Shown here: in pieces, positions 39,055-49,889 of the stretch
Numbering within the stretch: the stretch's first letter is position 1
Layout: the number at the start of each line of letters is the position of its first letter
Assembly (NCBI GenBank): GCA_022813965.1
Contig: JALDZS010000169.1
Location: forward strand, 1-50,881
Length of the DNA stretch: 50,881 bases
DNA from: Toensbergia leucococca
Taxonomy: Eukaryota
Direction: 5' to 3'
The notes under the pieces: generated by a model
Told to the model about the DNA's origin: nothing
What the model saw: only the letters and a program-made list of their open reading frames with translations
Database searches by the model: none
Program-made: the position numbers and the translations under genes

Positions 39055-42000
39055 ATGCGCTCTTGCGCCCTGTCTTTGGTTCTGCTAACTTTTGCTCTTC
39101 TGCCTTCCCTGGTCTTTGCCGTGCTTGCAGATGAAGCTTATCATACCGACTACCATCACGCCCTCCTCGGTCTGCCTCAACCTGACAACACTTTTTTCTA
39201 CCGCCCTTCAGCTACCTCGAAAGCATCACTAATTTATACATTGACTGAAAGACTTGTACTCGGGGCCATCAACCCAAAAGACGGTTCGATAGTATGGAGA
39301 CATAGACTAGCGGATACAAGTAGTCGAAGAAATGAGACAGCGGGATGTCTCCTGAAAAGTATTAATGGTGGAAACACCGTCGTCAGTGCCATAAACAATG
39401 AAGTGAAGGCTTGGGATGCCGCGGATGGAAGACTGATATGGGGAAGGGACTTAAACGGTAGGATTGAAGGATTGGAAATTACTACGCTGGGAGCAGACAA
39501 AGGCGTACTTGTCCTCGTTCAACAACAGGGAGGAAAGTTCGTGGTTCAGAAGCTGAATGTTTCGACGGGTGAGATCATCTGGGAATATTGGGATGAAAGG
39601 TAATCTCTTGCCTCAGGTCTTGGACCTGCCCAGACCCCGTTGACAGCGTACAGTGGGGATATACCATATAATGTCTTGTCGTCCGCGAATGCCCTATACT
39701 CTATTTCTCTACATTCGGCGTTACTCCAAGGATACAAGGTCAAAATTACAGCACTCGATCCGGGCACAGGAAAGGTGACTAGCCAGAATACACTAAGCTC
39801 CGAGAGCGAGGTGACTTCGAAGCGTTCCATTCTATACGCTGGTTCTAATTCAGGAATCGCGTTACTGGTCTGGACGGACAAAGCTTTCAAGAAATTGAAG
39901 ATCAATTTACTTGGTACAAAGCTCGTTACCAGTATCAATGTTGCCCAAGAGACGGGAGATCTAATCGAGCAGGTCTCCGTGCATGCGCCTCAAACTTCTG
40001 TAGCCCAAGCACATTTTCTGGTTCATTACCAGACTTCGGAATCGCACTGGGCGGATGTGTATCATGTCGATGTTTCTACTGGTGACGCTGCGAGAGCTTA
40101 TGGACTGTCTCGGAAACCCGGAAAGGGAGCCTTTTCGACAAGTACTGAAGGCTCAACAGTCTATTTTACTAGAAACACTGACTTCGAGGTCACCCTGATG
40201 TCATCTACCTCCATTGATATTCTTGGCGCCTGGCCTGTGCGACCTAAAGGCCGTAGTAGCTTGACCGATTCTGAAGGCATTTTACATGCCGTTTCAGAGG
40301 TCGTTTCGAGAGGAAAGGGAAATTTTGCTGTGAGATCGGCTCTTACTTTACCGTCGGGAAATTGGGAACTCATTCGCAATGGCGACAACGTGTGGATTAG
40401 ACCGGAGGGACTTGCCGGTGTAGTCGCCGCTGCATGGGTTGAATTGCCTGAAGAAGATGATTTGGCCCATGAGCTTGAAGTAGAAGGCCATAACAATGTC
40501 TTTGCGGCGTATATGCATCGAGTCAACCGCCATGCGAAAGATCTGAAGCGTTTCCCTGAATGGGTTGGACGCTTGCCTAGTCGGGTCATGAGAAGCTTTC
40601 TTCGCAGTGATATCCCGTTACCTGACCAGGGTCTTCTTCGGGATGGGTTCGGCTTTCACAAGATTGTCGTTCTTGCCACTGATCATGGCAGACTTTTAGC
40701 ACTTGACGTGGCTGACCAAGGGAAAGTTTTATGGAACATAAAGGCTGTCGAAATGACAGTAGAGCAGCAGTGGGAGGTAATCGAAATCGAAGTGGCAGAT
40801 GGTGTTGCAATGATCCGAGGGCATGGGGGAGAATTTCTGCGTGTCCAGGCCTTGACCGGCAAAGTGCTGCAGTATCAACCTGGTGGTTTAATCGCCTCTC
40901 TAGAGACATCCATCTCTATACTGAATGCCTCGGGGAAGCCTTTTTTGCTATCGGTTAACGTGGATGGATCTCTCGGAAGTTTGCCTGCAGGCAAAGTCAG
41001 GCACGGGACCACGGTAGTGACACAGGGGGAGGACGGATCACTCAGAGGATGGAGCATCGGAGCGAAGGACACAAGAGCTGGTGCCGTATGGGTGTTCATA
41101 CCAGAAGCTGGAGAAACAATCCAAAGTACAAAGGCCCGACCTGTGCATGATCCCGTCGCCTCCATTGGTAAGGCTCTCGGGGATCGCAGTGTCCTTTACA
41201 AATACCTGAACCGTAATCTTTTGCTGGTAACCACTTTCACACCAGCCCTTTCTATCGCCACGGTATACATTCTTGATTCTATCTCAGGCGAGGTTCTATA
41301 TACCACAATACACTCACGGATTGACACCAGTCGACCGATTATCTCAACGATCTCGGAGAATTGGATTGCTTACGTTTTATTTTCCGATCCTGCCGCTCTT
41401 AAGGAGGAGGATAGCTCGGCTTCACACATGCTTCCCAAAGGTTACCAGCTCATCGTCTCGGAGCTTTACGAATCCCAACGTCCCAACGAACGCGGGTCAC
41501 TAGATTCTTCTTCCCATTTCTCAAGTATTTATCCAACCGCATCTGAGAATGGTGGACTCATGGGCGCACCTTATGTGGTCTCGCAAGCCTACATTATCCC
41601 AGGCCCTATCTCCCAGATGTCTGCCACATCTACTCGCCAAGGCATCACTTCTCGCTCCCTGCTTTGCATTTTACCCTCTCTCAATGCCCTGATCTCAATA
41701 CCGCGAACGGCGATTGATCCTCGAAGACCTGTTGATCGTGATGCTACCGCTGCGGAGATGGAGGAAGGACTTTTCCGATACAACGCAGTGCTAGACTTCG
41801 AGCCGAAGTGGATTCTAAGTCACAACAGGGAAGTCATGGGCATTTCACACATAATTTCAACGCCAACACACCTTGAGAGTACGAGCTTGGTATTTTGTTA
41901 TGGAGAAATAGACATCTTTGGAACTAGAGTGGCACCCATTGGAGGCTTTGATATCTTGGGCAAAGGCTTCAATAAGTTGCAACTTATCGGCACGGTGGTC

Positions 42001-42129
42001 GCATTGGCCATTGGTACAGGAGTATTGGCGCCTATGGTGAGTATTTTGATGCAAGACTATGTCTTCATTATTTGCTAATACGTCCGGCAGGTTCGAAAGA
42101 AACAAATAGACGCGAGGTGGAAAGCCTAG
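39055..42129 (+). CDS. EMC1: ER membrane protein complex subunit 1, 3 exons
   Basis: Signal peptide, AVLADEAYHTDYHHALLG, DGFGFHKIVV, ALGDRSVLYKYLN, LESTSLVF, GGFDILGKGFNK, C-terminal TM, then VRKKQIDARWKA*. Introns 39600-39653 and 42037-42090. Confidence 0.93.
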
Positions 42130-42493
42130 TTGGCCTCAGCATAAGTCATATGCAGAAAGCTTTTTCAAGGTGACAAATGTCACAATATGATCTCTTCTCC
42201 ATCGTCCTATCGACACATACTTGACGTATCTTTTCCACTTTTTGGACAAGTTCGAGGTCAAGACAGTTCACCAAGAAATGATGCTTTATGACATCACTAC
42301 CTCTAACATTTCACCATTTCACCCAACTTCACCAATTCGAACACTCACATCAATTGGCTTTCCTGTCTAGCCTAGTAGGAATTGCTACTTCTGTCATTTG
42401 CTGACTCCTTCTTTCTATCTTCCTACCTTGGCACCTGCTCATATTATTTTTCCGATCTTATTGGTAAACATAACTGCGGCGCCCTTTGCCATC

Positions 42494-43276
42494 ATGACCG
42501 ACTCAAAGATTTATGCCTCGAAGCTCTCAGGTGCCCGCGTTCTTATCATTGGTGGTAGCAGTGGCATAGGGTATTGTGTTGCTGAAGCTTCTCTCGAATT
42601 TGGCGCCCATGTGATTATCTCTTCCTCTCAAGAGACTCGCATCAAGTCCAGTATTGAGCGTCTTCTCCAAAGCTATCCGTCAGCCAAAGAACGCGTCTCT
42701 GGCCATGTGTGCGATCTCTCTTCGTCTGCCATGGAGGACAACATCAAGACACTCTTTTCGAACACAGGCACTGTTAATCATATTATCATCACAGCCGGGG
42801 ACAAACTAGCGACAATCCCAATTCACGAGGCAACACTCGAGAGTATCCAAAGAGCAGGCATGGTCCGCTTTTTTGCTCCGCTTTTGATTGCCAAACACGG
42901 CTCACGACACCTGTCCCCTGGTCCTGCTTCTTCTATAATCTTGACTACAGGCTCAGTCTCCGAAAAACCCATATCTTCTTGGTCTGTCGTCGCTTCATAC
43001 GCCACAGGCCTGCATGGGATGATGCGTAATCTGGCTCTCGATCTGGCGCCTATCCGAGTCAACTTGATTTCGCCAGGGGCCGTAGAAACGGAGATGTGGA
43101 AGTTATCAAAGGAATAATTCGACGAATTCAAGCTGGGGCTCGCAAAGAAGGTTACAACGGGCGAAATGGGACGGCCACAAGATGTAGCCGAGGCGTATCT
43201 ATATGTGATGAGGGATCGGAATTGCAGTGGAAGTGTGATCGACACGAACGGAGGAGGTTTGTTGACGGGTCACTAG
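42494..43276 (+). pseudogene. Short-chain dehydrogenase/reductase interrupted by one in-frame TAA (43115-43117)
   Basis: Rossmann motif IGGSSGIG and LALDLAPIRVNLISPGAVET. After the TAA the same frame continues FDEFKLGLAKKVTTGEMGRPQDVAEAYLYVMRDRNCSGSVIDTNGGGLL, the canonical SDR C-terminus, to TAG 43274-43276. Confidence 0.8.
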
Positions 43277-43758
43277 AACTTAAGTGATGAAGAGTGAGGG
43301 TAGTGGCATTATTTTGAAAATGTAGATGGATTCAATTACAGATCAACTATCCTGACGTAGCACAATTAAGCCACGAAAAACGTACCGAGTTTTATCGATG
43401 ACCACTGTTTCACTTGGCTCAGAAAATACATTTCTACTAAAAGCATACTGTGTTCATTTTATACTTGAAAAAGCTTCTGCAAGTGGCTGCATTTCGAAAA
43501 CGCGTTAGTCTACACGTAGGCGCAGTGCACTCGCTTAGGTAGCCGCCTGAGTCACTTTCTAGCCTTCGAGTCATTGATTCCAGTCGAGCCAGTCAACCAT
43601 GGCCATCGAAGATTGGATAAGTAGCACTCTCTCGTCTTTAACCACGCCATCCAATGCTCATCTTCAGTGTACTATTCTTCAAAGCATGTTCTCCCCGACC
43701 ACACACCTACCATCTCCCGCATATCAAAACGCCTGATCGCTATAAGAGAATCCCTGCC

Positions 43759-45090
43759 ATGTCTAATCCGATCTCGTCGTCTCATTCGCTACCCGTTCAC
43801 CTAGACGGAACCGCTCTCGAAGGCGGTGGCCAACTGCTCCGCCTTGCGCTTTCCCTCTCATCCCTGACCGGTATACCCATCTACATCACAGACATTCGGG
43901 GCAAAAGAGGTCCCAAGTCTGCCCCGGGAAAGGGTGGAGGTCTAAAGCCTGCACATCTTGCAGGATTGGAGTGGCTTGCCAAGGCGACGCGCGCCGAGAC
44001 CAAGGGAATGGTGATCAAAAGCCGAGGATTGGTGTTTCGGCCGGCAAGAGATGACCATGTATCTAGCATCGTGAGCACTGATCAGGTAGAGCGTGATGAT
44101 TCACTATGGAGAGATGTCTATGAAAACGGTAGGCTTGTACGACGTGAATCGCGGATTGCCATGTCGACTCCTGGCTCCATCTTTCTGATTCTTCAGGCGA
44201 TTCTTCCCTATCTCCTTTTTCATACCACTGCTCCGGGAAAGCAGTCACAGCCTTCAACCCAGCGGGATGTGATTGTTCCTCTTCGAATAACCATCGAGGG
44301 GGGAACCAATGTCAGCAAATCCCCATCTTTTGAATATGTCGACCAAGTTCTCTTTCCAATGCTCCGTCAATATGTTGGTATTACCTCGATTAAAATGACT
44401 CTTCGTGAACGTGGCTGGACCACTGGAAGAACGAACGTGGGTTGCGTGGTATTCGACGTCATTCCCTTTATTCCTGGCTCTGCTCTCCCCGCCTTTAGCT
44501 TTTCAGATCGAGGATCTGTGACGACAATGCATGTCTCTGTCATTGCCCCTAGTGCAATGATTAGAACGAGCATCAAACAAAAGGCTACCGAACAACTTCT
44601 CACTCTTTACCCCAACGTCGAGATTTTCTTCCCAGTCGACGAGGATTCGAGACATGATAAGCGCCTTTATCTGCTTGTTGTAGCACAGACCTCCAACGGC
44701 TACCGCTTCGGCCGCGATTGGTTATATGATCGCAAAATTGGCTCTTTGGCCGCCACCGATGTAAGTTCCGAACTCGTGAAAAAAGTCTTACACGACCTAC
44801 AGAAAGATCTAGCACATAAAGGCTGTGTGGATGAGTACATGCAAGATCAGTTGGTGGTTTTCCAGGGTCTAGCAGAAGGAAGTAGCTGGGTGGATGGCGG
44901 CGACGGCAATAAAGCAAGTTTGCATACACGTACCGCGAGATGGGTAGTTCAAAAGATGCTGGGCTTGATTTTTGATGACTCGGGTTGTTGCAAAGGGTTA
45001 GGTTACCGGGTTAGAGATAGGTGTTGGGTTGGGGAGCTTGGGACACAAGAGGAAGAGACTCTGGAGGCCTTCAAAAAATTCAGACTATAA
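43759..45090 (+). CDS. RNA 3'-terminal phosphate cyclase, RtcA/RTCA type
   Basis: LDGTALEGGGQLLRLALSLS, IRGKR...GGLKPAHL, PGSIFLILQAILP, IEGGTNV, VDEYMQDQL and SLHTRT, whose His is positioned like the RtcA adenylylated His. Confidence 0.88.
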   Translation: MSNPISSSHSLPVHLDGTALEGGGQLLRLALSLSSLTGIPIYITDIRGKRGPKSAPGKGGGLKPAHLAGLEWLAKATRAETKGMVIKSRGLVFRPARDDHVSSIVSTDQVERDDSLWRDVYENGRLVRRESRIAMSTPGSIFLILQAILPYLLFHTTAPGKQSQPSTQRDVIVPLRITIEGGTNVSKSPSFEYVDQVLFPMLRQYVGITSIKMTLRERGWTTGRTNVGCVVFDVIPFIPGSALPAFSFSDRGSVTTMHVSVIAPSAMIRTSIKQKATEQLLTLYPNVEIFFPVDEDSRHDKRLYLLVVAQTSNGYRFGRDWLYDRKIGSLAATDVSSELVKKVLHDLQKDLAHKGCVDEYMQDQLVVFQGLAEGSSWVDGGDGNKASLHTRTARWVVQKMLGLIFDDSGCCKGLGYRVRDRCWVGELGTQEEETLEAFKKFRL

Positions 45091-45788
45091 CCTGATGATA
45101 GGAATAAAACGCACTTAAAAAACAAGAGTGCAAGTAGTGTCATCCCCATAAGAGAGCCTGCTGCTGAAAAGTGCTTGAAGAGTAAGAAACCTGGGCTTGC
45201 TGAAACTTGAGACAAAGTCTTTCCACGGTAGCAAAGAACTCTCCTGGATTCAAGGCTAAGCTGTAGTAATGGAAAGAATGGGAAAAACCAGACGCAAGGC
45301 ACGAGAGCCCATCTGGATTAACGTCTACAAAAGGAGGCTTGAGCCAGATAGGATAGAAACTTGCAGGCTGCAAAACTGTGTGGATGATTAAGGGCACCTG
45401 GAAGATATCACAGCCTTTGCACAGAGGATTAGAACAGTAAGACAGGGGTGAGAAAGGAAGGAGCTGAAGCGAGAGTACTCCTTGTTCATCAATTCCTAGC
45501 CCAGTTTACCGCTTACAATTCCCCATATACACGATGCTTGCTTGAGTCACCGAATAACGACAATGACGGCACTGGCTGGTTGGCAAATCTGTAGGATTCG
45601 ACAAGCATTTGTATCGCTAGCTCTGCATTGACAACCAGCGAATGACACCATTGTGGGGAAACACTACCACGGCGCGAAGGTAAAGCCTACAAGGCATTCC
45701 GATAGTTTGAAGTCAAGTATAGCGACGCCGGATAGAGACCTTTTTATGCTTCGCCCTGCCGCGAGCGCAAAGCCCCGTGCCCACAAAT

Positions 45789-46091
45789 TTAGTCATCGTA
45801 GCCTTCCGGTATCTTCCTCGGCCCCCTAGGAACTATAGTAGCCAATTAGTGCCAGTTCGATTTCCTTGCCATCTTGCGAAGCGTGTGCTGCAGTCATGGT
45901 AGCTTACTTGGATAAGTCAGTGGTATCATTTCCCTAGGTCCGTCTCCGAATCTCGCCCGGATCGGAGGTACTGCGACCATCATGACGGGCCCCAGAGACC
46001 CAATGACAATGGAATAGAATATGGCCGGCTTTTCGTGGGATGCCCAACGTAGGTAACGGAAAGGTTGTGAGTAGAAGCGCGGGGAAGACAT
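45789..46091 (-). CDS. NADH:ubiquinone oxidoreductase 9.5 kDa accessory subunit (NI9M/NDUFA3-like), 2 exons
   Basis: MSSPRFYSQPFRYLRWASHEKPAIFYSIVIG; intron 45907-45833 gives PLTYP|IPRGPRKIPEGYDD*. Confidence 0.88.
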
Positions 46092-46701
46092 GATTGCGTT
46101 CTTGTGCGATGTTGAAGGTGGATGAGGGAAGATCAAGGCTGGTACAGCACGACCAGAGAAGGGCCGTATATCATATAGCAATCAAGATCCAGGAGTTACG
46201 GGTCACATCAAATCAAGTGCATGAACGAACGAGGTCGACGGTGAAACTGTGAAAGTGAACTCGATTTATGGTACCGAGATTCGATAGAATATTCCAGCCT
46301 ATTCTAGAATAGGAGTATGTCTTGGCGAGTTGGTAGGGAAACTTCTATGCAATAGACCTCATTGAGTGTATTTCATATGAGTGTGTACTCGGGATTTAGT
46401 TGGTGGAGACGATGAGGGGGGGGACAGTGGTAATAATGTGACCCTGTATACAAAGACTGAAAGGGTTGGCGTCTGAACCTGTGAAGACAATTTTTGATCA
46501 CCGTAAGCTCACTGCACACCGAGATATCACCCTCGTGCCTCGACCGCGCGACGTCAAGGCGGCGTTCAACCGAGGCCGAGTTGGGGTAGAATAAGACCGG
46601 GGCTGCTTTATACTTTCTTGGCAGCGAACACGTCTCCTGGAGCGATCCATAGACGAGGAGGAACTTCCGGACCGTCGAGGAGCAACAATCGACAAACAAA
46701 T

Positions 46702-48283
46702 ATGCGTGGGATTCTTTTTTTCTTCCTCCTCTCGTTTCTAGACCTATCTCAGGCCCTGGGTAGCAGCGGAAAGAGACTGCTGGTGGTCAATGAGGAACCT
46801 ACAGAGAAAGAGAAATACTCAATATTCTGGGGAGATCTCGAAGGTGCTCACACCTCTAACTACTCAATAATATGGCCACTCGAATTACTAACATCTATTT
46901 TGCGCTCTAGAACGAGGCTTCGAACTCACCTTTGAGTCTCCCAAAAGTGAAAAGCTCGCTTTGTTCCAGCATGGCGAGCGAGCATACGACCACGTCATTC
47001 TCCTGCCCCCTAAATCAAAAGGCATGTACCCGTCGCAGCTTAGTGGTGCTGCAGTCGCTGACCAATTTTGTAGGCTTAGGCCCATCATTGACTCCGAATC
47101 TTCTCCTCCAATTCATCAATAAGAACGGCAATATCTTGCTCACCCTCGCCGGAGAATCTCCTACGCCAAGCGCCATCTCCTCTTTATTACTAGAATTAGA
47201 GATTCATCTTCCCGCCGATCGAACATCACTCGTAGTTGATCACTTCAACTACGACACTCTCTCAGCTCCTGAAAAGCACGATGTTCTCCTTCTGTCACAA
47301 CCTTCAGCCTTGCGATCAGATGTTAGGAATTTCTTTAGCGGAGACGGCACTATTGCGTTCCCACGAGCAGTAGCGCAAGAATTAGGAAATGCTAGTCCTT
47401 TGCTTGCTCCAGTCCTACGAGCGAGAAGTACTGCGTACAGCTACAACCCAAAGGATGAGGCTGAAGCCGTGGAGGACCCTTTCGCTGTTGGAAAGCAGAT
47501 ATCACTGGTCTCTACCATGCAAGCGAGAAACTCGGCGAGATTCACCGTCTTTGGATCTGTGGAAGCGCTGGAGAACCAGTGGTTTGACGCGAAGGTGAAG
47601 TCCCCTGGCGCCAAGGACTGTAGGACTGCGAACCGGGAGTTTGCCAAGCAGATCACTTCATGGACATTCATGGAAACCGGGGTGCTACAAGTGGGAAGAG
47701 TTGAACATCACCAAAGCTCGATTGAGGAGGGAGCTCCAGGGAATGAGACCGTATCCCAATTGGGATATCTAAATCCCAGGATCTACCGAGTGAAGAATGA
47801 TGTCGTACGTATATATGTTCTCTCTTCATGGAACCCAGTACTAATGGACACTCAAAGACTTTTAATATCGAACTTTCCGAGCATTCTAGCGATCACCTTA
47901 TTCCTTTGACCGTCTCATCCGAAGACGCTCTCCAGTTAGAGTTTGCTATGCTCTCACCATTTCATCGACTTACTTTACAACCCGTTTCCCAAACCCTCAA
48001 CAGCACTATCTTCAGTGCCACCTTCAGATTACCCGATCAACACGGCATCTTCGCCTTCCGAGTCAATTATAAGCGGCCCTTCCTGACCAACATTGACGTT
48101 AAGAGAGAGGTGACAGTCCGGCATTTTGCCCATGACGAGTGGCCGCGAAGTTGGATGATCAGTGGAGGGTGGGTGTGGATCGCCGGGATTGGGGTTACTG
48201 TGGTCGGATGGATGTTTTTTGTCGCTCTCTGGTTATGGAGTGAGCCGGCTTATGAGAAGAGTCAGGGAAAGAAATTGCAATAG
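46702..48283 (+). CDS. WBP1: Oligosaccharyltransferase beta subunit Wbp1/OST48, 4 exons
   Basis: Signal peptide, VVDHFNYD, MQARNSARF, QLEFAMLSPFHRL, LPDQHGIFAFRVNYKRP, VRHFAHDEWPRS, C-terminal TM and KKxx (KKLQ). Introns 46844-46910, 47022-47073 (GC-AG), 47805-47857. Confidence 0.95.
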
Positions 48284-48581
48284 AACTGTGATCTAAAAAT
48301 AATAAGAATATGAAAAATTTTTGCCAGGATAAACCCTTGCAATATGTTGTAGTACAACATACCAGGTTTTTTGTAAATCCGAACTCCTTTTGTAAGATCC
48401 CTGGGTGGGTTATGGTAATGATGTGGCTCAATTTGAGAGACAGAACCAACTCTCTTCATGCCAATGTCCCAAGGGTGCCGAGTTGTAGATATGAGCTTGC
48501 CACCCATGCGCCAAATAGAGAATTCGTCTCCACCCTCGAACCCCAAAACTCCAAGCAATGCATACATCCTCCTTTGCCGCC

Positions 48582-48973
48582 TCACGGGCCTTCCTCATCC
48601 TCGTCACCTCTCGTTTCGCGCACACTCGGTCCCACAGCGGGTTTGCCCCCGTAAAGCTGCCTCCCCTCGCCCCCACTCCCGGCCTCGATCTCCATGCTGA
48701 CGGCGACCGGCTGGTTGCCCCTGAACCTCTTCCTCATATCCACCATACCCCGCTTGCAGTCGCCGTATCCCTTTTTCAATTGCTGGCAGCGCGTCGGCAG
48801 GGTGTCGAGGAGGGGTGGGCGCAGGCAGTCGGCGGGGTTGTTGCGGTCGATGATGACGCAGGAAGAGTTTTGTAGGCACGACGCTAGGGCTGCGCCTGAA
48901 GAGGAGGAACATTAGTTGAATTGATTGAAATGGGGGAGGGGGATATACGGATGTCTTTGCAGGAGCTGGGCAT
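48582..48973 (-). CDS. PET191: Cytochrome c oxidase assembly factor Pet191/COA5 (twin CX9C-like), 2 exons
   Basis: MPSSCKDI|RAALASCLQNSSCVII...DCL...RCQQLKKGYGDCKRGMVDMRKRFRGN; intron 48948-48896. Confidence 0.9.
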
Positions 48974-49479
48974 ATTCTTGAAAATTTTGTTTGGAGACGT
49001 TTGGATAGGATTTACGGATATAAATGGCCGGGATGCAGATCAAATGGTTATTCACCAATTGGGTGTCGCTCGCGGCGCCAAGATATCATGACTTATGCTA
49101 ACAACAGTAGTGCTCTACTCTATTGAAAGTATCCTTTTGTTTTACAACAACAAGGGTCTATTGAGAAATTCCTGTTGTTTGCACGGTACAGGGAGCCAAT
49201 ACGGATTGGGAGCCCAAATGATAACAGGAAGACCAGATCCAGCCGCTTATGTGGCTTCAACGGCCACGTACAACTTTGTGAATCTACCTCTTGTCAGAAA
49301 TGCTCTTTGCAGCAACAATCAAATAGATTGAACGGCCTTATTGTTGCTTGTAGATTTCAAAACTCGTCACAAGGCACGAGTGCAGCGAGATCAAGGGTCG
49401 ATATCTAATGCCAAGTGTGGAGTAGGGGTCATACTTAATTGTCTTTTTTGACCTTTTTTCTTTCCCTTACCACGCTTTA

Positions 49480-49880
49480 TGCATTGGTACTCCGCTATGT
49501 TGCCCTCGCTTGATCGAAAATCACACAGGCCCGATCTCCTCAAACGGCTCAAAAAAATGATCGTCTTTCAAGCCTTCCGTACCAATACCAAATATACTTA
49601 AATAGATAGGAAGCACATCGTGTGGTCCGCATGGTCTGGCATCACCACTACGAGTAGCCTTTCGCTTATTGAAGAAGTTACTCAATTTGGCGTGGATCAC
49701 TTCCTCAACGGTGGCATCTTTATGGATCACTATATCAGTATAACCACAAATGCCGTCGACTATGGCTGTGCAGATCCTGATGGCCTCAGAATTCGTAAAG
49801 TAAGGCTCGCTGATGTATCCCATTATCCGTCGAGGACTACCACATCAGGTTCAAACCTATTTTTTGAAATAACCAACCAC
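49480..49880 (-). pseudogene. Decayed 3' fragment of a hypothetical protein gene next to the LINE
   Basis: Protein-like ORF (IVDGICGYTDIVIHKDATVEEVIHAKL...PCGPHDVLPIYLSIFGI) with stops upstream in all frames, a probable frameshift at the T7 run (49551-49557), and a retroelement immediately 5'. Confidence 0.5.
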
Positions 49881-49889
49881 CATAACTCG

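Noticed and set aside
27059..48283. PER1, PCM1, EMC1 and WBP1 as an ER glycosylation gene cluster
   Set aside because: They are interspersed with unrelated genes; co-location is explicable by chance or ancestral synteny.
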